A stretch of DNA of 64,000 nucleotides, taken from the IMG/VR virus record IMGVR_UViG_3300008120_000061, positions 1-64,000 of that record, one strand, 5' to 3'. Below are positions 55,714 to 64,000 of this stretch, in pieces. The notes beneath the pieces were generated by a model. It was not told where the DNA came from. It saw only the letters and a program-made list of their open reading frames with translations, and made no database searches. Position 1 is the stretch's first letter. Every line of letters starts with the position of its first letter. A program made the translations under genes and the position numbers. This stretch comes from a virus.

Positions 55714-56601
55714 ATATAAATTATCTTCAATATTGCCTAAAAAGTGTTCAGCTATTTCTTTATTGAAACTACCTGGATCTAAACCATCAGTAAGAACAAT
55801 ATTATTGGTTTCTATATTTCTTTGTTCTAGTAGCTTTTCAATCTTAGCTGCCGCTTGTTTACCCGCAGAGTCGCCATCCATTAGTATGGTGACTTTTCTA
55901 CATCCATATTCATCTAGTAGTTTAGCCTTTTGAGCTGTAAAGTTTTGGGTGCCAAAGATACATAGGCTATTTGTATATCCTAAATCATGCAGTTTTAGCA
56001 CATCAAATAATCCTTCTACTAAGATTACATGTGAGAAGTCCGCTATTCTATCTAAGGGAAATAGAATATCACTCACAGATACTCCGGCTGGTTTTCTTAA
56101 ATATTTAGGCATACTAATAGAGCTGCTAAGAACTTTGTATCTGCCTTCTATGAATTTTAGTTTTTTGTGTTGATATATAGGTATGCAAGCATAATCACTC
56201 AACCCATTAGAGTCTGTGAAGAAAGCTCCAAAGTCTTTTAGAGTTTTTGCTCTAATACCTTTAAAATCATGACTCAAAGCAATTGTTGGCTCAGGCAGCC
56301 TAACCTCTCCTTGATATCTGATGTTATCTAGTTTATTCTTTAGCTTTTTTATTTTAAAAGACATTTTAGATGCAATTTGAAATGTGCTTTTAATTCCTAG
56401 CCCTTCCAAGAATTGTTGAGTATTTCCTCTATGTCCACATGCAAAGCAATGAAATACATTCTTTTCTAGATTTAGAGAAAGACTAGGATTAGAATCGACG
56501 TGCAAACCACTAAAACATCTTACAGTTAGTTCAGTAGGCTTATTAGGATTAACAACATAATCAATGCTGTTATCCTTTAGCACGTCTTCCATATTATCCA
56601 T
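55699..56601 (-). CDS. DNA primase (zinc finger + TOPRIM)
   Basis: CFSGLHVDSNPS..HCFACG; VEGLFD; MDGDSAG; DPG. Confidence 0.92.
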   Translation of the reverse strand: MDNMEDVLKDNSIDYVVNPNKPTELTVRCFSGLHVDSNPSLSLNLEKNVFHCFACGHRGNTQQFLEGLGIKSTFQIASKMSFKIKKLKNKLDNIRYQGEVRLPEPTIALSHDFKGIRAKTLKDFGAFFTDSNGLSDYACIPIYQHKKLKFIEGRYKVLSSSISMPKYLRKPAGVSVSDILFPLDRIADFSHVILVEGLFDVLKLHDLGYTNSLCIFGTQNFTAQKAKLLDEYGCRKVTILMDGDSAGKQAAAKIEKLLEQRNIETNNIVLTDGLDPGSFNKEIAEHFLGNIEDNLYLTNA

Positions 56602-56971
56602 TCTGATTATCTCCAGGCATCACTCTAAAGTTATCTTCTGCTGAATCTGCAGTACTAACTTCAATAATCTCACTATCATCTTCTAAAGCTATTAGCTGAT
56701 GCACTTGTAGAGGCATAATTCTGATAGAATCTCCAGTGCGAAGAGTCTGCTCAATGATACTGCCATTTTCAGTATTAATAAGTTTTAATGTGAATAATCC
56801 TTTTTGCACATACCATGTTTCATCTTTTTTATGGTGAAAGTGCATTGAAAACTTATTCCCAACTTTGTTAAAGTGAAGTATCTTTCCACAATATAAATCA
56901 TTAGTGGCAAAGATATACTCATACCCCCATCCCTTAGGAATATGACCGCTAAACCTCGTTACGCTTGACAT
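56594..56971 (-). CDS. Cupin, sugar-phosphate isomerase-like
   Basis: PKGWGYE, SMHFHHKKDETWYV, VHQL, EVST. Confidence 0.75.
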   Translation of the reverse strand: MSSVTRFSGHIPKGWGYEYIFATNDLYCGKILHFNKVGNKFSMHFHHKKDETWYVQKGLFTLKLINTENGSIIEQTLRTGDSIRIMPLQVHQLIALEDDSEIIEVSTADSAEDNFRVMPGDNQNG

Positions 56972-57818
56972 AAGCTGTTCCTTTCTTTGTTACAGCTATT
57001 GCAGATACTTTAGTAGCAAATTCAATAGCTTTGTTTATCGTATTATTTTCATATAAAGAAGATGCCAGTGCTGCTAGAAAACTATCTCCAGCTCCCGTAA
57101 CATCTATTGCTTTAACAGAAAATGCAGAATACTCTTTATATAATCCTTTTTTAGTGGCAGTTACGCAACCCTCAGATCCTTTAGTTACTATGAGATTATC
57201 TACATTTAGTGCCTTTGCTGACTCTATTAGTAATTCTCTTGTAATAGTTGTTTCATTTGTCCAATCTAAAAATTCTTTTAAATTAGGTTTAAGTACGAAT
57301 GTATTTTTATATTTATCTAGATCTTTCTTAGGGTCTACTAATACTGGAATCTTTAATTCTACAGCAGCTTTAATAATACCATTAGGATTTATAATACTAC
57401 CCTTATTATAATCGCTTAGAACTATTATACTAGGTCTATTTTCTAGTACTTTATTAGCTAGTTGATTAGTATCACATTTTATGCTATCATCATAGTCTAT
57501 TCTAGATATATAAGCTCCATTACTATACAGTCTTACTTTAGTAATATCACTATCTGCATAATTTACTACGCTATCATAAGTTAACTGTTCTTCTTCTAAT
57601 AGCTTTGCTAAGATAGATTTATTACTAGTAAGGGCAGTAAATAGTTTTACCGGACTTCCTAAGTATTTTATGTTTAAAGCTGTATTACCAGCTCCACCTA
57701 GTTTATTTATAGTTTCATATACACTAACTACCGGGGCAGTATCGCACTCAGGAGACATACGAACACTGCTACCCAGCAGATATTTATCTAACATAATATC
57801 TCCAATAACTGCTATCAC
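56949..57818 (-). CDS. hldA: Heptose-7-phosphate kinase (HldE domain I / HldA / RfaE1; PfkB family)
   Basis: VIGDIMLDKY..RMSPE..PV, LGGAGN, LSDYNKG, VDPK, KPNLKEF, DVTGAGD; GTG start overlaps the helicase stop. Confidence 0.88.
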   Translation of the reverse strand: MIAVIGDIMLDKYLLGSSVRMSPECDTAPVVSVYETINKLGGAGNTALNIKYLGSPVKLFTALTSNKSILAKLLEEEQLTYDSVVNYADSDITKVRLYSNGAYISRIDYDDSIKCDTNQLANKVLENRPSIIVLSDYNKGSIINPNGIIKAAVELKIPVLVDPKKDLDKYKNTFVLKPNLKEFLDWTNETTITRELLIESAKALNVDNLIVTKGSEGCVTATKKGLYKEYSAFSVKAIDVTGAGDSFLAALASSLYENNTINKAIEFATKVSAIAVTKKGTAYVKRNEV

Positions 57819-59191
57819 CCTAGATCACCTGCAAATTCTTTCTCATCATTTCCATATTTATTTAGTATCTTACCTTCTATAACTTTACTGCTTTCAGGTA
57901 CGATTTTTAGACATTCCCAATCCATGTGTACATTAAACTTCATGGATTTACCGTTACGAATCTTAGTAATTTCAAAAGGTAGAATACTTGGATCTTCGTT
58001 TAAATCTGCTGGCGTAAATCTAAAGCTGCGATCCGCAGAGTCAAGAACCCCTTTAGCAAATCTAGCTTCACCGCTAGCATCAATCTGATACGGAGAAACC
58101 ATCATAACTTTATACTTACGGCTAAGAGTTTTTAACTGGTCAGCAATGGCGATCTGGGATTTCCAATCCATTCTATCTTCTACTTTAACAATGTTAAGAT
58201 AGTCGATTACGCACATTTTTACATCATACTTTTTAGTCATAAGATTTAGATAGTGGTCAATCTTAGCTAAAGATAGATTAACATCATCTACAATATGGAA
58301 ACGCTTATCTTTAAACTTAGCTTTACCAGTTTTCAGCCCATAGTCAAACTCTTTTAGATTACCAGTTTTTAACAGATTAGCATACAGATCAGAAGCTTCT
58401 TCTGTAGCCTCATAGAATGTATCTAGTTTAGTTTTAGCTAACAACAGCTTATCAGTATTTGTTAGCTCGTTTTTAATGAATTTCATAAACGACACACCAG
58501 ACAGCATACTCATTAGTCGATAGTACACTTCAACATAACGCATCTCAATACTCATAAAGAGTACTGAGTTATTATTGCTTTCAAACTGATGTTTAGCTGT
58601 ATTGAGTGTGATAATAGACTTACCACTACCCCTACGACCTCCAAACATTATAAGCTCTTCTAAACCAAATCCACCGTTAGTAGCGTCGTACTCAGTAGAC
58701 AAGCCACTTGAATACATAATAAATTGTTCTTCACCTAAGAAAGAATCAATTGTTGCAACGTCAAATAGTTCCTCGCCTTCTGGCAGGAACTTATGTAGTT
58801 CTAGAATATGATTTTGTATACTATCAATTATTTCAATACGTTCTAGGTGTTCGAGCTGATCCATAAACTTATCTAGCCAGTTTATAGTTTCTTCCCTAAT
58901 AAAATAGTCTTGTAATTGGTCTGCAATAAATTGACTAGATAGATACTGTTCTTCAGGAGTATCTACATAGATCTGAGAAGATAAGTAGTCTTTAATATTC
59001 TCAATCTTCTGAGACTCGTAAAACTCTTGCATAGTGGGTATGCGCATATTCTTTTCGTAAAATTTAACAATCTTACGAAATATGATTAGATTAGTGTCGT
59101 TAAAAAACTTACTAACTAGCTTGTTATAAAAATCTGTACTCTGCGTAGACAATAACCTACGCAGAGCAATTTTTTGTATATCTACAGTCAT
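57815..59191 (-). CDS. Replicative DnaB-like helicase (T5 D6-like)
   Basis: GGRRGSGKS, SIEM, IDYLN, PYQIDASGEARFAKGVLDSAD, TKIRN. Confidence 0.92.
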   Translation of the reverse strand: MTVDIQKIALRRLLSTQSTDFYNKLVSKFFNDTNLIIFRKIVKFYEKNMRIPTMQEFYESQKIENIKDYLSSQIYVDTPEEQYLSSQFIADQLQDYFIREETINWLDKFMDQLEHLERIEIIDSIQNHILELHKFLPEGEELFDVATIDSFLGEEQFIMYSSGLSTEYDATNGGFGLEELIMFGGRRGSGKSIITLNTAKHQFESNNNSVLFMSIEMRYVEVYYRLMSMLSGVSFMKFIKNELTNTDKLLLAKTKLDTFYEATEEASDLYANLLKTGNLKEFDYGLKTGKAKFKDKRFHIVDDVNLSLAKIDHYLNLMTKKYDVKMCVIDYLNIVKVEDRMDWKSQIAIADQLKTLSRKYKVMMVSPYQIDASGEARFAKGVLDSADRSFRFTPADLNEDPSILPFEITKIRNGKSMKFNVHMDWECLKIVPESSKVIEGKILNKYGNDEKEFAGDLG

Positions 59192-59955
59192 TATTTATTT
59201 ACCACAGGAAATAGCTCTGCTCTGGGAACGAACAGCTTTCTAAACGAGAATTCACTTTCAATCCATACTTCATACGTTTCTCTACCTGTCTCCTCAATTA
59301 ATGTTTCTACTCTTTTTACATGATTTTTTAGCGACTCTAGCTTCCAGCTAGAACCATCTTCTAGCTCCCAATAAATTTGATAATGAATATCAAGCATAGG
59401 CTCATTAAATCTACCGCCCTCTTTCCAAGGAAGTAGCTCAATCCAACGTTGTCTACCTTGTCTAAGAGACTCTGCGTATTCTTCATCAAATACTTTTAGA
59501 ATACTTACAAATGAGTTTTCTGGGCCAGAAAAAGCTCTGTCACCTACTTTAAACTTAATGTCTAGATCTTGAACAATATGTTCTGTTTTAGCTTCTGCAT
59601 TTTTACCTCTAGCTCTTAACGGAACATTAGCTTCCATAAGAACTTTTTTAACTCTAGGTGCAGAAATAAAATAAAGCTTGGCGATAGCTGACTGAGCTTC
59701 GCCATTTAAATAAGACTTAATTATTTCTTTCTTAGTAGCTTCTGTTATTTCAGCGTTTTTTGCTTTCTCTTTGAGCTGCTTTTCACGCTCTTCTTTAGCT
59801 TTAAAATCTTCAATTATTTTATTTAGTCGTGTAGTATTATAATTGATCCCAAGAAAATCACACACAAACTTTTTAGTTTTACCTGTTTTAATATACCATA
59901 TAGCATTTCTAATTTTAGCTTCAGGTATCTCCTCTGTAGTAAGTTTTCGAGCCAT
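59191..59955 (-). CDS. T5-like HTH DNA-binding protein
   Basis: TKKFVCDFLGINYNTTRL and YLNGEAQSAIAKLYFIS HTH-like segments. Confidence 0.55.
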   Translation of the reverse strand: MARKLTTEEIPEAKIRNAIWYIKTGKTKKFVCDFLGINYNTTRLNKIIEDFKAKEEREKQLKEKAKNAEITEATKKEIIKSYLNGEAQSAIAKLYFISAPRVKKVLMEANVPLRARGKNAEAKTEHIVQDLDIKFKVGDRAFSGPENSFVSILKVFDEEYAESLRQGRQRWIELLPWKEGGRFNEPMLDIHYQIYWELEDGSSWKLESLKNHVKRVETLIEETGRETYEVWIESEFSFRKLFVPRAELFPVVNK

Positions 59956-60727
59956 CTATTAATCCTTCAATAGAGTTAAAGTTTTTTATATCTTTATCAT
60001 ACACAACTAGTAAGTTTTTGCCAATTACTTTATTAATATTAATCTTTCTTTCTAAGTTGTCTAAGTAACTTTTACTAGTGCCACCTGCTATTTCTATATA
60101 AACATTTAAGTCTGTTAGGTAAAAATCATATAGTAACTTATAAGGGTTTGGGTATCTAGGTTCATAAATATAAGACACTTTATTACATAAAAATTTATTT
60201 ATAAATTCAAACTCTAAAAGACTTCTACAGTTATTACCATCATCTGCTTGCACGCTTATGCCGTATAGGTTAGTATTTGGATCGTAACCAGCACTTTCAA
60301 TAGCTAAATTCCACGTTTTAAATACTCTTATAAAAGGATTAACACTAGGGTATATACTTTTACTATCATTAAACTCTCTATTAGTAGGAATACGATCATT
60401 ATCTACTACAAAATCATTTATTACACTAATTAGTTCTTCTTTTTTCCATTCTTTAGGTGGGTTTGGTATTACTATATCAAATTTTTTAAAATGATTTCTA
60501 ATGTAAGTCATAGTGCTTTTTAGGTTTGGATACTTGTACCTAATAAAGCTACTAGAATATCCTTTTAAAAATTCTGTAAAGTGTATAGCACCTTCCATAC
60601 TATCAATAAAGTATTCACCTGTTTTCATATGACAGTTTTTTGCATGTTTAGCTACGTGGTGCCAATCAGGAAAATTATATCTTTTTAGACTATTAGTGGT
60701 TATATTGCAGTAAGGACATTTAAACAT
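59921..60727 (-). mobile_element. Free-standing homing endonuclease-like gene (Zn finger + associated repeat + PD-(D/E)XK-type domain)
   Basis: CPYC..H..C; WKKEEL..RIPT..PS..F.TWN.AI..AG; RSLLE..YE..YDFYL..YIEIAG; very AT-rich; own promoter. Confidence 0.65.
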
Positions 60728-60758
60728 TTCTTACACCTTTTTTATATTTGAATACTTT

Positions 60759-60787
60759 ATAATAACGCACAATACAAAGTATGTCAA
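60759..60787 (-). promoter_or_regulatory. Sigma70-type promoter
   Basis: TTGACA-17 nt-TATTAT. Confidence 0.8.
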
Positions 60788-60801
60788 TGTAAATTTTATA
60801 T

Positions 60802-60830
60802 AAAAAAGCCCACCATAAATTAATGATGGG
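60802..60830 (-). terminator. Rho-independent terminator
   Basis: CCCATCAT-TAATTT-ATGGTGGG-C-TTTTTT. Confidence 0.7.
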
Positions 60831-60833
60831 TTA

Positions 60834-60862
60834 ACTGTAACAAATATTTGGTTAATAGTCAA
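60834..60862 (-). promoter_or_regulatory. Sigma70-type promoter with predicted start inside the terminator stem
   Basis: TTGACT-17 nt-TACAGT with TGn. Confidence 0.6.
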
Positions 60863-60871
60863 GACAAATTT

Positions 60872-61192
60872 TTAATTAATTACTACCTTTTCAGGACCTA
60901 TTCCATATATGTCTAGGACTAACTCGCGTAACAAACCTGTTTTTGTATATATAGCTGTATAGTTTTTATTTATTAGCGGATTAACTCTGTACAATTTTTC
61001 AGTAGCAAAACTAGCTTTATAGCTATGTCTAAGCTCTATTATATGCTCAGGTTCTTTATCAGAAAGATCTCCGTAAAAACGACTAATTAGAGCTGAGACA
61101 TACTTGTCTAGCTCGTCATAAGATAGTTGTAAAATAAAATCTAATGTACTGTCGTCTAAGTCGTATAAATACAGTGCGGAGTCTTGATTCAA
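60872..61192 (-). CDS. Hypothetical protein (probable TTG start at 61192)
   Basis: The longer listed ORF overlaps D5 and a hairpin; LNQDSALYLY... is the plausible product. Confidence 0.6.
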   Translation of the reverse strand: MNQDSALYLYDLDDSTLDFILQLSYDELDKYVSALISRFYGDLSDKEPEHIIELRHSYKASFATEKLYRVNPLINKNYTAIYTKTGLLRELVLDIYGIGPEKVVIN

Positions 61193-61207
61193 TATGTTTC
61201 TCAAGGC

Positions 61208-61231
61208 AAGGGCGGCATTTCTGCCGCCCTT
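61208..61231 (-). terminator. GAAA-tetraloop hairpin after D5 (stabiliser or weak terminator)
   Basis: AAGGGCGGCA-GAAA-TGCCGCCCTT, no long U tract. Confidence 0.65.
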
Positions 61232-61241
61232 TAGGTTAAGA

Positions 61242-61928
61242 TCACTCTTTAGCTGCTTTTGGAGTGTAGTCAGTTGCAGAAAGACCGCGACGGCTAAGAA
61301 CAGTCTTAACACCACGATCGGTCTTGCCGTAGTGCTCAGCAAGCTCTGCTACAGTCATACGAGTAGCAAGTTCTTCGATCCCCTCATAAGAATCACTACG
61401 TGCAACTTTCTTGTCACGCTGAGGTGCTTTAAGTTGCATAGAAAGAAGCTTTCCACGAATGCTCTGAACGCTCTTACCAAGAGCATCTGCAATATCTTCA
61501 ATGAAAGAGCCGCTGTTAGCCATTTCAGCAATTTTAGTTTCTTCGGCTTCGCTATAAGTGCGAGGAGCTGCTTTCTTATCGGCTGGCTTAATAGAGCCAG
61601 TCATTTCAAGGCTAAGAGCCTTACCATTAATTTGACGTGCATTAAACTTACCGTCGGCAACGCGCTCAGCGATTTCCTCAGCAGTGTATGCACCATCATT
61701 TGCTTCCAAGAAGTCACGAAGTTCATTCGTTTCTTCGTCAGAGAAGGTTGGAGCTGCTTTAGGCTTGTGCGGAACGTCAAAACCTTGCTTGCGCAATTTT
61801 GCAGTTACGCTACGACGCGGGAATTCAAACTCATCGCAGAGCTGAGAGATAATATCTTCAGTCACCCCGCTTCCGCAAAGCTCTTCCATGCGAGCTACCA
61901 TTTCTTCTGTATATTCAAATTTAGCCAT
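61242..61928 (-). CDS. DNA-binding protein (T5 D5-like)
   Basis: RSVTAKLRKQGFDV, INGKALSLEMT, TYSEAEE, SIRGKLLS, RGVKTVLSRRGL..DY. Confidence 0.85.
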   Translation of the reverse strand: MAKFEYTEEMVARMEELCGSGVTEDIISQLCDEFEFPRRSVTAKLRKQGFDVPHKPKAAPTFSDEETNELRDFLEANDGAYTAEEIAERVADGKFNARQINGKALSLEMTGSIKPADKKAAPRTYSEAEETKIAEMANSGSFIEDIADALGKSVQSIRGKLLSMQLKAPQRDKKVARSDSYEGIEELATRMTVAELAEHYGKTDRGVKTVLSRRGLSATDYTPKAAKE

Positions 61929-62002
61929 ATTCTGTTTCCTCTTTATAATAATATGTATTTTTGGTTGGTTGTCATTATGTTGTTTTTCTCAACAACTAAA
62001 GT

Positions 62003-62031
62003 ATCTTAACAAACTTTTTTATGACAAGCAA
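62003..62031 (-). promoter_or_regulatory. Sigma70-type promoter for D5
   Basis: TTGCTT-17 nt-TAAGAT; leader starts with hairpin GTTGTT-GAGAAA-AACAAC. Confidence 0.7.
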
Positions 62032-62100
62032 GAGAAATATTACTTTTAGTCACTCTCGTCTTATATAGTCATTTGATACTTTTGTTATTTCGATAAAATA

Positions 62101-62129
62101 AATATAACTCTTTTCAACACGGTATGCAA
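62101..62129 (-). promoter_or_regulatory. Second, upstream sigma70-type promoter
   Basis: TTGCAT-17 nt-TATATT. Confidence 0.5.
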
Positions 62130-62137
62130 ATGTAATT

Positions 62138-62458
62138 TTACTTTAAATTACCGCTTTCCTGGATTTTAAGTTTTATGCCATCTACCACCTTCTCCAGGTT
62201 AGACTTTTTAGTAAGATTTAAGCCTTCAATTTCTATGCCTAGTATATTTTCTAGTTCAATAACCATACTCTTTACACTTCTTTTGCTAGTCTTTTCATCT
62301 TCTGGCTTTTTGTATATTTTTAGCTGTACTAACTTACTGATAATACTTCTAGTCTTTTTTCCAAAATGCTCTGCAATATCTTCTATATCTAGTTCATCTT
62401 CAGTGTATAGCTTGATTAGCTCTACTTCTTCTTCGTCATTCCAAGCTTTACCGTTCAT
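62138..62458 (-). CDS. Small HTH/Myb-like DNA-binding protein
   Basis: WNDEEE..IEDIAEHFGKKTRSIISKL. Confidence 0.65.
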   Translation of the reverse strand: MNGKAWNDEEEVELIKLYTEDELDIEDIAEHFGKKTRSIISKLVQLKIYKKPEDEKTSKRSVKSMVIELENILGIEIEGLNLTKKSNLEKVVDGIKLKIQESGNLK

Positions 62459-62763
62459 TTAATTTCTTCCTCGTCTGGTTTATTTACAATCCGATCTACT
62501 TTTTTTCTCCATAAATCAGTTATTAATTCTGATGCGTCACTTAGTAGATGCACCCAAGTATCTATATGCTCTTCAGTGACTGAAATTCCATTTGTAGTTC
62601 TTAACCACTCACCAGTATCCCCATCTTGATAATACTCTCTGGTGTGTACTCTAACTACCCCTCTCCACTTATTAACCGTAACCTTTATCGCTCTGTTCAC
62701 GCCTTTTTGTGGAGGTAAATCGCAAATAAATCCTAAATCATATTCTTCATCACTATCAGACAT
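62455..62763 (-). CDS. PC4-like ssDNA-binding protein
   Basis: VTVNKWRG..VHTREYYQD..GEWLRTTNGISV. Confidence 0.82.
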   Translation of the reverse strand: MSDSDEEYDLGFICDLPPQKGVNRAIKVTVNKWRGVVRVHTREYYQDGDTGEWLRTTNGISVTEEHIDTWVHLLSDASELITDLWRKKVDRIVNKPDEEEIK

Positions 62764-63874
62764 GCTTACTCCTAACTGTACTAGAAGCGTTTGAAATTTT
62801 AGTCACAACTTCATAGTACTTATTACCAACTTCCGTCCAAGTATTTAATAACGATGTATCTACTGATATAGTTTTTAAGTTATTAATAACATAGTGAAGT
62901 TGTTTAGCTAGATCATTTGCGTCTGGTTCTAGCACCCATTTATGACCGCCCATTTGTGTCATTGCGTCTTCTGCTTTTAGACCAAAAATTTCATACATAT
63001 TTACTATTCGTTTAGAGCTAGCAATCTTAAAGTCTTTTACAAACTCATCAGTAGGTCCGCCGAAAGTTACTATAGGTACACATCCACAGGCCATAGCTTC
63101 CTGTACGTGCATACCAAAACCTTCACCTCTATAAGGATGAACTAGTACGTGCGCTTGTTTGTATAGCGCAGCCATTTCTTCTTCACTTCTAACACTATCA
63201 TCATATATAATATCTGCACATTTAGTTTTGTATTGCAGCTTTACAATATCTTCTTGAGTGTTAGACGCTCCATAAACTTGTGGAGTATCTTTAATAATTA
63301 GTTGAACTGGTGTACCTTGTTTAGTTATTTGACTCCATACACTCAGTAGTATGTCTAATCCTTTTCTAAATTGGTGACAACCTACATACAGTACTGTAAT
63401 TTTAGTGTTGTCTTTAGTGTTTGGTTTATTAAATATATCTGGATTGTATCCATTAGGAATAGAGACTACTCTTTGAGGATTAATCCCACTATTTAAATAT
63501 ACTTCTCTTGTCCATTCACTAGGAGTTATTAGCAAATCTGCAAATGTCTCAAATTTGTATTGCCACTCAAAAGGAACAGCCATGTATTCCCAAGGCTGAA
63601 TAAAAACAATTTTTGTGTTATTACCAACGGGCCAACGCCACATTGGAGGATAGGTATGCCTAATCTGAACATCAACACTATCGAGTGGTTTATTAACCAA
63701 GCTAGATATAGTTTGAGCATCGATTTTAGATAACTTATGGTCTGATGAATAGGTGTCGAGCGCAGAAATTGATAAGTTAACTTTATCTTTAAGCTGCAAA
63801 GCAATATTTCTATTTACAATAGACAGTGAATGGTTGTCAAACACTTTGCCGATTAGTTCTACATTAATTGCCAT
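62756..63874 (-). CDS. GT4 (GT-B) glycosyltransferase
   Basis: RKGLDILL, HPYRGEGFGMHVQEAMACG (EX7E). Confidence 0.9.
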   Translation of the reverse strand: MAINVELIGKVFDNHSLSIVNRNIALQLKDKVNLSISALDTYSSDHKLSKIDAQTISSLVNKPLDSVDVQIRHTYPPMWRWPVGNNTKIVFIQPWEYMAVPFEWQYKFETFADLLITPSEWTREVYLNSGINPQRVVSIPNGYNPDIFNKPNTKDNTKITVLYVGCHQFRKGLDILLSVWSQITKQGTPVQLIIKDTPQVYGASNTQEDIVKLQYKTKCADIIYDDSVRSEEEMAALYKQAHVLVHPYRGEGFGMHVQEAMACGCVPIVTFGGPTDEFVKDFKIASSKRIVNMYEIFGLKAEDAMTQMGGHKWVLEPDANDLAKQLHYVINNLKTISVDTSLLNTWTEVGNKYYEVVTKISNASSTVRSKHV

Positions 63875-64000
63875 ATAACAGCCTCGCTTCTTGCTTACAA
63901 TAACTATTTAGTTCGTCTTTATGCACTAGCTTTAGTGTTGGCCATTGCGGACCCATATTACTAGTTTTAAAATTAATCATATCTCTATAGTTAGTAGCGT
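63864..64000 (-). CDS. C-terminal fragment of an upstream gene (5' partial)
   Basis: Open frame ..ATNYRDMINFKTSNMGPQWPTLKLVHKDELNSYCKQEARLLYGN*, overlapping the GT4 start. Confidence 0.6.
   Translation of the reverse strand, partial: ATNYRDMINFKTSNMGPQWPTLKLVHKDELNSYCKQEARLLYGN

Noticed and set aside
61194-62009. 271-aa + strand ORF
   Set aside because: Antisense shadow of the D5-like gene; no recognisable motifs and it crosses a hairpin and promoter
447-63804. Other short antisense or nested ORFs in the six-frame track
   Set aside because: They lie inside well-supported genes and lack recognisable motifs

Overview
64 kb segment of an AT-rich, T5-like (Demerecviridae-like) lytic siphophage with a Gram-negative host (spanins, sigma70-type promoters). 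Family assignments are from recognised motifs and gene order, not database searches. The + strand arm (1-40.3 kb) carries sugar-modification genes, a chaperone-cleaved tail fibre and adhesin, TerL, HNH nickase, portal, a protease-capsid fusion ORF, neck and tail genes, a 3899-aa tape measure, a lambda M-L-K-I-J-type tail tip and spanins. The - strand arm (40.3-64 kb) is the T5-type replication cluster (PC4, D5, helicase, primase, PolA, D10-D15) with NrdJ, ThyX and two glutaredoxins. The arms converge at a bidirectional terminator. The most notable feature is a dispersed, phage-encoded NDP-heptose and glycosylation system: HldA kinase, HldC nucleotidyltransferase, HldD epimerase, a cupin and about five glycosyltransferase-like genes including a TPR-GT, interleaved in the replication and virion operons. 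Other points: a kissing-loop RNA element after the tail tube gene whose 12-mer recurs before nrdJ, a capsid gene nested in-frame in a protease fusion, a LamG domain inside the head-tail connector, and a hairpin-stimulated -1 frameshift.
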